A stretch of DNA of 64,000 nt, from positions 15,013 to 79,012 of the forward strand of contig WREI01000001.1 in the NCBI GenBank assembly GCA_009779405.1. The letters are read 5' to 3'. This document shows, one piece after another, positions 1-8,782 of this stretch. The DNA is from Clostridiales bacterium (lineage in GTDB: Bacteria; Bacillota; Clostridia; Christensenellales; CAG-138). The notes beneath the pieces are model-generated. The model saw only the letters and a list, made by a program, of their open reading frames with translations. It was not told the DNA's origin and did no database searches. Within the stretch, counting starts at the first letter, position 1, and each line of letters starts with the position of its first letter. A program made the translations under genes and the position numbers.

Positions 1-802
1 AATCCGGTTCCGAAATATCCGCCATCAGACCCATGGAGAAGCGGGAGCGCAGGCGTTCCTCCAAATGTTTGATCTCGCCGGGCGGTCTGTCCGAAGAGAT
101 TACGATATGTTTGCCCGCGTTGTGCAGGGTGTTGAAGGTGTTGAAAAATTCCTCCTGCGAGGCCTCCTTGCCCGCGATAAACTGAATATCGTCGACGAGG
201 AGCACGTCCGCACCGCGATATTTTTGGCGGAACTCTAAATTGTTGCCGCGGCGCAGGTTTTCAATCATCTCGTTCGTGAAGCTTTCCCCGGTGACATAGA
301 CGACGCGCGAACCGGGTATACCGGCGCATACGGCATTGCCTATGGCGTGCATCAGGTGTGTCTTGCCCAAGCCGACACCGCCGTACAGGAAGAGCGGATT
401 GTAATTATAGCCGGGATTCTCGGCAACGGCCTTGCTCGCCGCTGCAGCCCAGCGGTTGGAATTGCCTACGACAAAGGAATTGAAAGTCAGGCGCGGATTC
501 AGGCCCGTATAGGCGGGGATCGTAAATTCCGATGTGACGGAAAAATCCTTGGCCTGTTCGGGCAGGACGGTCAAAATCTCCAACACGCCGCTGTTCGCGC
601 GCTTGGCTGCGTTTAAAAAGGTTTCGGGTGCGGTTTGCTTATAGATTCTCTTTAAGTTTTCATTGGGTACGAGCAAAATCAGCGCGCCGTTCCGAAAAGC
701 CAGGGAGGAGACGGGCTCTACCCAGTTGTTGTACATGATCTGAAGCAATTCTTTGCGCAATATATCCTTGGTCTGCTGCCAAAGCAGTTCATGCTGTTCC
801 AT
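1..802 (-). CDS. dnaA: Chromosomal replication initiator DnaA, N-terminal part (3' end runs off the window)
   Basis: Own minus-strand translation from ATG at 802: MEQHELLWQQTKDILRKELLQIMYNNWVEPV..., Walker A PLFLYGGVGLGKTHLMHA, then DDIQFIAGKEASQEEFFNTFN. Absent from the ORF track because there is no stop in the window. Confidence 0.9.
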   Translation of the reverse strand, partial: MEQHELLWQQTKDILRKELLQIMYNNWVEPVSSLAFRNGALILLVPNENLKRIYKQTAPETFLNAAKRANSGVLEILTVLPEQAKDFSVTSEFTIPAYTGLNPRLTFNSFVVGNSNRWAAAASKAVAENPGYNYNPLFLYGGVGLGKTHLMHAIGNAVCAGIPGSRVVYVTGESFTNEMIENLRRGNNLEFRQKYRGADVLLVDDIQFIAGKEASQEEFFNTFNTLHNAGKHIVISSDRPPGEIKHLEERLRSRFSMGLMADISEPD

Positions 803-992
803 GCAATACCCCAATACTTTCTTGTAAGCCAATCATAACAGAAAGAATTGGGTTTGAAAAGGGTAAAACTGTGCAATGTTTCACGTGAAACAATAGAAAC
901 GCATATAATTCGCATGCCGTTCATCGTTTCTTCACTTGTGTTTTTGCGAAAAACCAGTACAATATAGACAGACACTTTTAAGAGGTGGTAGT

Positions 993-1886
993 ATGTCCGT
1001 ACAAGGTAAAGAGTTGCGCAATACCGAAAAGGTCGGCGAGTATACCAGCATCGTCCTGCCCGGCTTTCCCAACAGGGGCGGAGAGACGAGTGAAAGCGTA
1101 TCCGTTCACTATGTCATACAGGGTGAAGGGGAACCGGTGCTCCTAATCCACGCACCCGGGCAGAGTCTCTATACCTGGCAAAGCGTGATTCCCCTTCTGG
1201 CAAAGGAATATTGCGTCATCGCTCTGGATCTGGTCGGCGCGGGCTATTCGGGCAAACCGGACGCGATGAGCTATTCGATGGACGAGGTGGCGGACAGTAT
1301 ACTGAAATTCTGCGACGCCATAGAATTGAAAGTGACCCATGTACTCGGCTTCTCACTCGGCGCGGTCTATGCCCTGTATGCGGCGCAGAAGGCACCCGAG
1401 CGCTTCGCGAAAATCATCGCCATCTCGCCGGGCGGCATCTCGGAGACCATGCCGCGCTTTATGCAGACTTTGGAGAAGTCCGGCATAGGCTTTATCGCGC
1501 GGGAATTATTTGGGCGCAAAACACTGCGCCGCGCGCTTTCCACCTGTTTCTATGACGCGACAGTCTGCACGGAGAGAACCGTAAAGGAGTATTATAAGAC
1601 CTTAGAGGATTTTCGTTCACGCCAGGCCTTCCAATACAGTCTGCGCAACTTTGATCTGGACGCCAGCTTGCCGGGCCTTTTCACCTTGCAAAAGGAAGTT
1701 CTGGTGCTCAACGGCGCGGACGACCGCTGGCATACCCCGGCGGATATCGAAAAACTGAAACCCTATCTGACCAACGGCATATACTATACCCTGCGCAACG
1801 CGGGACATTTGATGCAGGAAGAGAAGCCGGAGGCTGTGGCCGAGATCGTCCGCAAATACCTTCACTATATGGGAATCGAAGAGTGA
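993..1886 (+). CDS. Alpha/beta-fold hydrolase
   Basis: ORF 936..1886. The internal ATG at 993 is preceded by AGAGGTGG. Nucleophile elbow GFSLGA and a C-terminal NAGH motif fit the alpha/beta hydrolase fold. Confidence 0.8.
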   Translation: MSVQGKELRNTEKVGEYTSIVLPGFPNRGGETSESVSVHYVIQGEGEPVLLIHAPGQSLYTWQSVIPLLAKEYCVIALDLVGAGYSGKPDAMSYSMDEVADSILKFCDAIELKVTHVLGFSLGAVYALYAAQKAPERFAKIIAISPGGISETMPRFMQTLEKSGIGFIARELFGRKTLRRALSTCFYDATVCTERTVKEYYKTLEDFRSRQAFQYSLRNFDLDASLPGLFTLQKEVLVLNGADDRWHTPADIEKLKPYLTNGIYYTLRNAGHLMQEEKPEAVAEIVRKYLHYMGIEE

Positions 1887-2077
1887 TCGATACACTGCGC
1901 GCGGGGATGGGCATAAAACTGCGGAAGGCGCATGCCTGCGGCGAAAATCGCTGGGAAGTGTTGGACGCGGAGCAGCGCGCAAAAATTCGCTGCATGCATT
2001 GCGGGCATATCCTGCATATGGATATGGAAAAGCTGAAAAAGGCATGCAAGCAGATATTACATGAGACGGGAGTATAG
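1883..2077 (+). CDS. Small Cys-rich hypothetical protein (64 aa)
   Basis: ATGA start/stop overlap with the upstream gene suggests translational coupling. Carries a CMHCGH motif plus another Cys, so possibly a zinc-binding mini-protein. Confidence 0.4.
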   Translation: MIDTLRAGMGIKLRKAHACGENRWEVLDAEQRAKIRCMHCGHILHMDMEKLKKACKQILHETGV

Positions 2078-2080
2078 ATT

Positions 2081-2713
2081 TTGGAACAGGGGCAGAATGT
2101 CGTGAACAGCGAAATCAAAAACATGAAGAAGCTCTTGGAGAAGCGCAACGAGAAATTGGCGGGGACGGCGAGCTATCGTATCCTCGATTTTGTCATATAC
2201 GCCGTGCTCGTTATGCTGCTGGCCCTCGCGATACGCGCCGTGTTCTTTGAGCCGGTGCGCGTGGACGGGAGCAGTATGGTCAGTACGCTGGCGGACTATG
2301 ACTATATGCTGGTGGATAAACTCTGCTATTCCTTCCACCCGCCGCGCAGGGGCGATATCGTCATTTTGTTTTATCCCGAACATACGGAAAACACCTATGT
2401 CAAGCGTGTCATGGGTCTGCCGGGGGAGACGATACGCATAGAGGGCGGCATCGTTTATATCAACGAAGTGCCGATTGACGAGCCGTATTTGGACGAAGAG
2501 CGGATACGCGGGCATTATTATTACGGCGAATTCTCAGAGACGCCCATACCCGAGGGGGAGATCTTTGTGTTGGGGGACAACCGCGGTCCCAGCCGGGACA
2601 GCACGGAAGAGGGGACAATGAAGATAGAGCGCGTGATAGGCCGCGTCCGGGCGGTGGTATATCCCTTTGATCACGCGAAAATCCTGCGCAGACCCCGCTA
2701 CGCGCTTCCTTAA
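2081..2713 (+). CDS. lepB: Signal peptidase I
   Basis: SPase I boxes present: GSSMVSTL (Ser), YVKRVMGLPGETI (Lys), GDNRGPSRDS (box E). N-terminal TM segment. The start (TTG 2081 or a later ATG) is uncertain. Confidence 0.85.
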   Translation: MEQGQNVVNSEIKNMKKLLEKRNEKLAGTASYRILDFVIYAVLVMLLALAIRAVFFEPVRVDGSSMVSTLADYDYMLVDKLCYSFHPPRRGDIVILFYPEHTENTYVKRVMGLPGETIRIEGGIVYINEVPIDEPYLDEERIRGHYYYGEFSETPIPEGEIFVLGDNRGPSRDSTEEGTMKIERVIGRVRAVVYPFDHAKILRRPRYALP

Positions 2714-2716
2714 ATT

Positions 2717-3280
2717 ATGATTACGCGCGCGCAACGCTTCAAACATCTGCACAGGCAGCACAGGCTTCTGATGTGGCTGCTTAGTTCGCTGCTGGCGTTG
2801 CTCTTTGTATGTCTGCTCTTCACGCTCTGTTTCAAGCCCGTCAAGATTGGCAATATGTCCATGTACAGCACGCTGAAAGAGGGGGAGTTGGTGCTGGTCG
2901 ACTGCCTGCGCATACACCTCAAAAATCTGGGCCGTGGGGAAATGGTGGCGTATCGGGATCCGGTCAGCGGAGAGATACTCATAAAGCGTGTGATCGGCTT
3001 GGGCGGAGAGACGATAAGGGCCGAGAATGATACGATCTATATCAACGAAGACTTTCGCTTGGAAGAGAATTTTGTGATAGCCGGCGGACTGAATTTCTCC
3101 ACGCTGACCATACCAAAGGGCAGTGTCTTCGTCTTATTTGACAATCGGCATTATGAGAACGGAATCACGAATCGCGGCCTCGAATTTGTGCGTATGGAAG
3201 ATATCATCGGCGTCGTGGGCCTGCGCATTTGGCCCTTCAGCTTTTTCAGCGTCAAGGCGGAAAAAGACACAACGTATTAA
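2717..3280 (+). CDS. Signal peptidase I paralog with degenerate box E
   Basis: Has NMSMYSTL and IKRVIGLGGETI, but FDNRHYENGITNRG replaces GDNRxxSxDSR. N-terminal TM segment. Confidence 0.7.
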   Translation: MITRAQRFKHLHRQHRLLMWLLSSLLALLFVCLLFTLCFKPVKIGNMSMYSTLKEGELVLVDCLRIHLKNLGRGEMVAYRDPVSGEILIKRVIGLGGETIRAENDTIYINEDFRLEENFVIAGGLNFSTLTIPKGSVFVLFDNRHYENGITNRGLEFVRMEDIIGVVGLRIWPFSFFSVKAEKDTTY

Positions 3281-3303
3281 ACTGCATAAAATACAGCCCT
3301 GCT

Positions 3304-3328
3304 AAAACCCGATTTTTGGGTTTTATTT
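3304..3328 (+). terminator. Rho-independent terminator after the second SPase gene
   Basis: AAAACCC-GATTTTT-GGGTTTT hairpin followed by a T-rich tail. Confidence 0.55.
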
Positions 3329-3422
3329 ATATTTCCTTAGAAGTCTGTTCACAGTGCGGCCAAATAGACGTGGTACAATTTCGGTACAAGGTGTAATTTA
3401 AGTACAGAATAGGAAGTGTGTT

Positions 3423-4457
3423 ATGGCACTGTTTCGTTCTCCCGATATTGGATTGGATCTGGGTACCAGCACCACGCTGGCATATGTGCGCGGCAAGGGC
3501 ATCGTTCTGCGCGAACCGACCGTCATAGCGGTGGCGCGCGGCAGCGGGCAGTTGCGCGCGCTCGGCGAGGACGCGCGAAAGATTTTGGGCCGCGAAGACG
3601 CTGATACCATCGTCGTGCGCCCGCTCTCCGGCGGCGTTATCGCCAATTTTGACGCGACGGAGCGCATGCTTTCCGAATATTTCGCCCGTCTCTTCGGCAG
3701 CCGCTTCTGGAATCGTCCACGGGTCGCCGTGGCCGTACCCTGCAATGCCAGCGAAGTGGATATGCGCGCGGCAATCGAAACCTCCGAGGGCGCGGGCGCC
3801 CGCTATACCTATCTGATCTATGAGCCCGTGGCGGCGGCCATCGGCATGGGTCTGGATATCTTTTCGCCCGAAGGGCGGCTCCTGCTCGACATAGGCGCAG
3901 GAACGAGTGACGCTGTGTTGCTCTGCGCTGGACACGTTGTCTTGCAGAATTCCGCGCGCAACGGCGGGGACGCCATGGACCTGGCCATTGCGCGCTATTT
4001 CAAGCGCCAGCACGGCATCGCATTAGGCGAGAGACAGGCGGAAGCGCTGAAGATACGCTATGGCTCCGCCGTAGCAAGGCGCGAGGAACCGATGATGCCT
4101 GTCGTCGGTCGCTCCTTGGGCGGGGGTCTGCCCGTGCAGGCGGAGATCGGGGCCAACGCGCTGGTGCATGCGCTGGCGGAACCGCTGCGCTCTCTCGCCG
4201 ACCAGATCAAAGAATTGCTGGAAAACGCGCCGCCGGAACTCTGCGGCGAGGTGGCGGAGAACGGCATAGTGCTCACGGGCGGCGGCGCGCTGCTGCCGGG
4301 CATAGACGCGTATCTGTCCGAGCAGACGGGCCTGCCCTGCCATATCGCCGAGGATCCGCTGACCTGCGTCGCGGCAGGCGCGGGCAAGGCCATGGAAGAA
4401 TTCAAGCGCTATGAAAAGGTGCTGATAGACTATCACCGCGGTTATTATTTCGAGTAA
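3423..4457 (+). CDS. mreB: MreB/Mbl-family actin-like protein
   Basis: DIGLDLGTSTTLAY phosphate-1 motif, LLDIGAGTSD, VLTGGGALLPGID. No mreC/mreD adjacent. Confidence 0.85.
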   Translation: MALFRSPDIGLDLGTSTTLAYVRGKGIVLREPTVIAVARGSGQLRALGEDARKILGREDADTIVVRPLSGGVIANFDATERMLSEYFARLFGSRFWNRPRVAVAVPCNASEVDMRAAIETSEGAGARYTYLIYEPVAAAIGMGLDIFSPEGRLLLDIGAGTSDAVLLCAGHVVLQNSARNGGDAMDLAIARYFKRQHGIALGERQAEALKIRYGSAVARREEPMMPVVGRSLGGGLPVQAEIGANALVHALAEPLRSLADQIKELLENAPPELCGEVAENGIVLTGGGALLPGIDAYLSEQTGLPCHIAEDPLTCVAAGAGKAMEEFKRYEKVLIDYHRGYYFE

Positions 4458-4467
4458 GGGGCCAATT

Positions 4468-5439
4468 ATGCCGAAAGAAGCGGAACTCACGGGAAAAAAA
4501 GCGCTGTCGCTCTGCCTGCTGCGCGTCTTGGAAAAGTACGCCACGCCCGCGCGGCCCCTGACGACCCGCGCGCTCATGGAATATATGCAGGCGGACTACG
4601 GACTGGAATTTGAGCGCAAGGCGGTTGGCCGCAACCTGATTTTGCTCACGGAGATGGGTTTCCCCCTCTCCACCTATCAGGAGAACGGCAGGGGCTATTA
4701 TCTGATCGGCGAAGACATACAGAGCCTGCATTGGCAGGACGAAGATAAACGGCTGCTCCTCTTGGATGCGTTGCTGCGTGCGCCGCGCTATGACCAAAGC
4801 GAGACCCTGCTGGCGGAATGCCAGGGGGAAGTGCCAATTTTCGAATGGTCGGAGACCCTGCTGCCAACCCTGCTTTTGGAGAATATCGCCCAACTGCGCG
4901 GTGCCATCGCTGCCGGGCAGCAGATACGCTTCGAAAACGCCGGGATATACGCGAATGCCGAAGGGAGCGCGACCACAACAAGCGCGACGCCCTATGCGCT
5001 GGCCTTTGCAGAGGGGCAATATTATGTCCTCCTGTCCATGGCGGGCTATGGCAAACTGCTGCACCAGCGCTGTGACCAAATGCGCAGGATAGAAGTCACA
5101 GAGCTGCCCGCGCGGCCCGTTACGGAACTGAGCGGCTGTGAAGGGGGCCTGCCCTTGCGGGAATACGTATTGCAAAATCTGTATCGCGCAGGCCCGGAGG
5201 AAAGCTACGTCCTGCTCTGCAAGCGCCACCTGCGCGACGAAGTGTACGCCGCGTTCGGCACAAGGTCGTACTGCGAAGCGGAGGGAGAATACCTGCGCGT
5301 GACGCTGCACTGCCGATGGCCGCAGATGCGGCGCTTTCTGTTGGATCACCTGAAATACGCGAGTCTGCTCGCGCCGCAGGCGAGTGCCGCCGCTTTTGCG
5401 GAAGAATTGCGGCAGGCGGCGGCCTGTTATCCCAATTAG
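4468..5439 (+). CDS. Putative winged-helix / WYL-like domain transcriptional regulator
   Basis: N-terminal wHTH-like segment (LSLCLLRVLEKYATPARPLTTRALMEYM). Central PYALAFAEGQYYVLLSMAGYGKLLHQRCDQMRRIEV resembles a WYL domain. Confidence 0.45.
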   Translation: MPKEAELTGKKALSLCLLRVLEKYATPARPLTTRALMEYMQADYGLEFERKAVGRNLILLTEMGFPLSTYQENGRGYYLIGEDIQSLHWQDEDKRLLLLDALLRAPRYDQSETLLAECQGEVPIFEWSETLLPTLLLENIAQLRGAIAAGQQIRFENAGIYANAEGSATTTSATPYALAFAEGQYYVLLSMAGYGKLLHQRCDQMRRIEVTELPARPVTELSGCEGGLPLREYVLQNLYRAGPEESYVLLCKRHLRDEVYAAFGTRSYCEAEGEYLRVTLHCRWPQMRRFLLDHLKYASLLAPQASAAAFAEELRQAAACYPN

Positions 5440-5471
5440 CGATAAGATTTCGAAACACGTTTACATTTGAT

Positions 5472-5481
5472 ATGCTATAAT
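5472..5481 (+). promoter_or_regulatory. Extended -10 element TGCTATAAT placed 6 nt before the ATG (leaderless geometry)
   Basis: TGcTATAAT at 5473-5481, ATG at 5488, no Shine-Dalgarno between them. Confidence 0.45.
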
Positions 5482-5487
5482 AGGCCT

Positions 5488-7059
5488 ATGACGAAAGCCA
5501 AGAAGAAAAAAATACCGCGGACGCGCATCATCCTGATTGCCGCAGGCTCTGCCATCGCAGTGGGTCTGTGTCTTGGCGTATATTTTGCGATAAAGCCATT
5601 GATACGCAACGAACAGCGCCCCGCCCCGCGCACCGAAAGCGTTACGGAGACGCCGACGGTGACGGAAACGCCCGCGGCGGCAATGCATGTCCTGCCCAGT
5701 CCCGCGCCGCAGTTTGGCGAGCCCCCCGAGATAGAACATGCCGATTTTCCGCTGCGCGAAGGTTCGCGCGGCGAGGAGGTCTTAATCGCGCAGGCGCGCC
5801 TGATCGAACTGCACTATTTGGAAGCGGACGAGCCGCGGCCCGTCTACAGCTCCGCTATGGGTGACGCGGTGCGCGCCTTTCGCCGTCAGAACGGGATGCC
5901 GGAAGACAGATTGCTGACGGAGGTGGCCTACAATCGCCTGATCGCCGCGGACGCAAAGCCCTATGCCATCAGTAAGGGCGAACAGGGTGAGGAAGTGCGT
6001 TGCCTGCAGGTGCGGCTCTATGAGCTGGGCTATCTGCGGCAGGCGTATATCACGGGCCGCTTTGATGACGAAACGGAAGCGGCGACACGCATCTTTCAAA
6101 AAAACCACAAGATGACAGAGAGCGGGCGCGCGGACAGAGAGACCTTGCGCAAAGTATATGAGGGCAATTTGGTCACGCTCTCGTTTCACGCCGGAGACAA
6201 GGGGGACGCCGTAAAGACCGCGCAGGCGCGCTTGGTCGCGCTGCAATATCTGCCGAAAGCGTATATACCCAAGGGGGAGATGGACGAGGAGACCGTGTCC
6301 GCACTGCGCCGCGCGCAAGCCGCGAACGGGCTTTTGACAGACGGGTTCCTGAACGAAGATATATTAGAATGCCTGACGCGCGCTAACGCGGAGAAATTCG
6401 GGATACGCGTGGGCATGCGCGGGGACGACGTGGGTCTCGTGCAGGAACGGTTGCGGGAGCTGGGCTATATATACTATGCGCAGATCACGGGGATATACGG
6501 CACGAACACGCAGACAGCTGTGACCTCCTTCCAAAAGACAAACGGGCTGCACGCGCGCGGCGTTGTAAACCGCGAGACCTGGGATCGGCTCTTTTCCGAC
6601 CAGGCACGCAAGGCGCTGGAACCCATCGAGGAAGAGGCCCCCGAAAAGGCGGAGAACCCGGAAGAAAAGCTGTTTGGCGCGGATAAATTCTTGCAGGCAG
6701 CGCAGAGCAAGATAGGCTGCTCCTATATACGCGGCGCGAAGGGGCCCAACGCCTTCGACTGCTCCGGTTTTGTCTATTGGTGCATGCAACAGGCGGGCGA
6801 GACGCGGCGCTATATGACCAGCAAGAATTGGTCGGAAACGGCGCTGTATATGAAGATCGAATCCTTGGACGACGTATTGCCCGGCGACGTGCTGGTCTTT
6901 TCCGGCGAGGGTGAGGGCCTGGGCCATGTGGGCATCTACGCGGGCGAGGGCTGTATGATCGACGCCTCCTCGGCGATGGGCCGGGTGCGCATCAAGCGCC
7001 TGGCGGACGACAGCTATTGGACTTACCACTTTATCTGCGCGTTCCGCATCTGGACCTAA
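5488..7059 (+). CDS. Cell-wall hydrolase: repeated peptidoglycan-binding domains + C-terminal NlpC/P60 endopeptidase
   Basis: Lys-rich N-terminus with a TM anchor. Repeated LxxLGYL PG_binding_1-like modules. C-terminal FDCSGFVYWC ... GHVGIYAGEGCMIDAS (Cys/His of NlpC/P60). Confidence 0.8.
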   Translation: MTKAKKKKIPRTRIILIAAGSAIAVGLCLGVYFAIKPLIRNEQRPAPRTESVTETPTVTETPAAAMHVLPSPAPQFGEPPEIEHADFPLREGSRGEEVLIAQARLIELHYLEADEPRPVYSSAMGDAVRAFRRQNGMPEDRLLTEVAYNRLIAADAKPYAISKGEQGEEVRCLQVRLYELGYLRQAYITGRFDDETEAATRIFQKNHKMTESGRADRETLRKVYEGNLVTLSFHAGDKGDAVKTAQARLVALQYLPKAYIPKGEMDEETVSALRRAQAANGLLTDGFLNEDILECLTRANAEKFGIRVGMRGDDVGLVQERLRELGYIYYAQITGIYGTNTQTAVTSFQKTNGLHARGVVNRETWDRLFSDQARKALEPIEEEAPEKAENPEEKLFGADKFLQAAQSKIGCSYIRGAKGPNAFDCSGFVYWCMQQAGETRRYMTSKNWSETALYMKIESLDDVLPGDVLVFSGEGEGLGHVGIYAGEGCMIDASSAMGRVRIKRLADDSYWTYHFICAFRIWT

Positions 7060-7137
7060 TACGCTTCGCTATGAATCTGCATAAAATGCAGGGAAGAAAG
7101 CCGCAATGCATATGCATTTCCCTGTATATGCGTGTAT

Positions 7138-7298
7138 ATATCCACAGTATCCACAGAGTTATCCACATTGCGGCGGCGTATAGAAGGGGAAAACCGGGAC
7201 TTATCCACAGCATACCGCCCCTGCATATGCAAAACTGTCCACCTGCATAAGCCCCTGCATATTCACAGAAAATTCATCTGAAAATACAAATATTCACG
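7138..7298 (+). promoter_or_regulatory. DnaA-box cluster (candidate oriC module or DnaA-titrating cluster)
   Basis: Matches to TTATCCACA, all in the same orientation. 7138 ATATCCACA (8/9), 7147 GTATCCACA (8/9), 7159 TTATCCACA (9/9), 7201 TTATCCACA (9/9). Weaker: 7235 (6/9), 7259 (7/9), 7290 (6/9). An AT-rich stretch follows at 7262-7320. Confidence 0.6.
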
Positions 7299-7351
7299 AA
7301 AGATTTTTATGCAGAGCAAACAAGCTTGTTTTCGGGGAATTCATTTCCCCG

Positions 7352-7388
7352 AAAACACAAAAGAAACAGAGCGGGACGCTCTGTTTCT
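7352..7388 (-). terminator. Terminator downstream of gdhA
   Basis: Hairpin AGAAACAGAGCG-GGAC-GCTCTGTTTCT (7362-7388), followed on the minus strand by TTTGTGTTTT. Further hairpins at 7329-7355 and 7402-7430. Confidence 0.6.
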
Positions 7389-7435
7389 ACCTACAGGAAA
7401 CCGCTTCGGCAAGCAAAGCTTGTCGAAGCGACGTG

Positions 7436-8782
7436 TTACACTATGCCCTGCGCCAACATCGCGTTGGCCACCTTCATAAACCCGGCAAGGTTCGCGCCGG
7501 CCACGAGGTTATAGCCCAGCCCGCACTCCTTGGCGGCTTCCATGCTCGCGTCGTGTATATTCTTCATAATCGCCTTCAACTGCCTGTCGACGTCCTCCTT
7601 GGACCAGTTGCGGCGCTCGGAGTTCTGGCTCATCTCCAAACCGGAGACGGACACGCCGCCCGCGTTGACGGCCTTGCTCGGCGCGCAGAGGACGCCGTTC
7701 TGCATGAGATAGCCCAGCGCCTCGTTGGTCGTGGGCATATTGGCGACTTCGACATAATATTTCACGCCGTTGGCGACGATCTGCTTCGCTTCCTCCATCT
7801 TGATCTCGTTTTCATAGGCGGAGGGCATACAGATATCGACCGGGACATTCCAGGGCTTTTGCTTGGCATGGAATTCCACTTGGAACTTATCCGCATAATC
7901 CTGCACGCGGTTGCGGCCGCTGTTGCGCATCTCGAGGAGATAGGCCCACTTCTCGGGCGTGCCGACGCCCGCCGGATCATAGATAAAGCCGTCGGGTCCG
8001 GCGAGGGTGACGACCTTGCCGCCCAACTGCGTGGCCTTGATGCAGACGCCCCAGGCGACGTTACCGAAGCCCGAGATCGCCACGGTCTTGCCGACCAGGG
8101 TATCCTTCACATGGTTCAGCACTTCGTTCAGATAATAGACGGCGCCAAAGCCCGTCGCTTCCGGGCGTATCAGGCTGCCGCCATAGGAGAGCCCCTTGCC
8201 GGTCAGCACGCCGTTTTCGTATTGGTTGCGTATGCGCTTATATTGGCCGAACAGGAAGCCGATTTCGCGGCCGCCGACGCCGATATCGCCCGCGGGCACG
8301 TCTAAGTTGGGGCCGATATGGCGATACAGCTCCGTCATAAAACTCTGGCAGAAGCGCATAATCTCCATTTCGGACTTGCCGTTGGGGTCAAAGTCACTCC
8401 CGCCCTTGCCGCCGCCCATGGGCAGGGTGGTCAGGCTGTTCTTAAAGGTCTGCTCGAACGCGAGGAACTTCATCACAGAGAGGGAGACCGTGGGCGCAAA
8501 GCGCAGGCCGCCCTTATAGGGGCCGATTGCGCTGTTGAACTGCACGCGGAAGCCGCGGTTCACGCGCACCCGCCCGTTGTCGTCCACCCAGGGTACGCGG
8601 AACTGCACCACGCGTTCCGGCTCCACGATGCGCTCCAACAGGCCGTATTTCTCATACTCGGGATGTCGCTCCACGAGGGGCTCCAAAGAGGTCAGGACCT
8701 CTTCGACGGTCTGCAAAAACTCCGGCTCGGCACGGTCACGGGTTCGAACCTCCGCCAATACGCGCTCGATGTATTCGTTCAT
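7436..8782 (-). CDS. gdhA: NADP-specific glutamate dehydrogenase
   Basis: ORF 7436..8839. Start set at the internal ATG 8782 (MNEYIERVL) behind GGAGGAAGAAC. Motifs KGGLRF, LPMGGGKGGSDFDP, GFGNVAWG. Confidence 0.9.
   Translation of the reverse strand: MNEYIERVLAEVRTRDRAEPEFLQTVEEVLTSLEPLVERHPEYEKYGLLERIVEPERVVQFRVPWVDDNGRVRVNRGFRVQFNSAIGPYKGGLRFAPTVSLSVMKFLAFEQTFKNSLTTLPMGGGKGGSDFDPNGKSEMEIMRFCQSFMTELYRHIGPNLDVPAGDIGVGGREIGFLFGQYKRIRNQYENGVLTGKGLSYGGSLIRPEATGFGAVYYLNEVLNHVKDTLVGKTVAISGFGNVAWGVCIKATQLGGKVVTLAGPDGFIYDPAGVGTPEKWAYLLEMRNSGRNRVQDYADKFQVEFHAKQKPWNVPVDICMPSAYENEIKMEEAKQIVANGVKYYVEVANMPTTNEALGYLMQNGVLCAPSKAVNAGGVSVSGLEMSQNSERRNWSKEDVDRQLKAIMKNIHDASMEAAKECGLGYNLVAGANLAGFMKVANAMLAQGIV

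Noticed and set aside
347-616. 89-aa plus-strand ORF at the window start.
   Set aside because: It lies antisense within dnaA (Walker A region).
5440-5487. Possible ydaO (c-di-AMP) riboswitch upstream of the NlpC/P60 hydrolase, a common association.
   Set aside because: The intergenic space is under 50 nt, far too short for that riboswitch. The promoter sits directly on the start codon.
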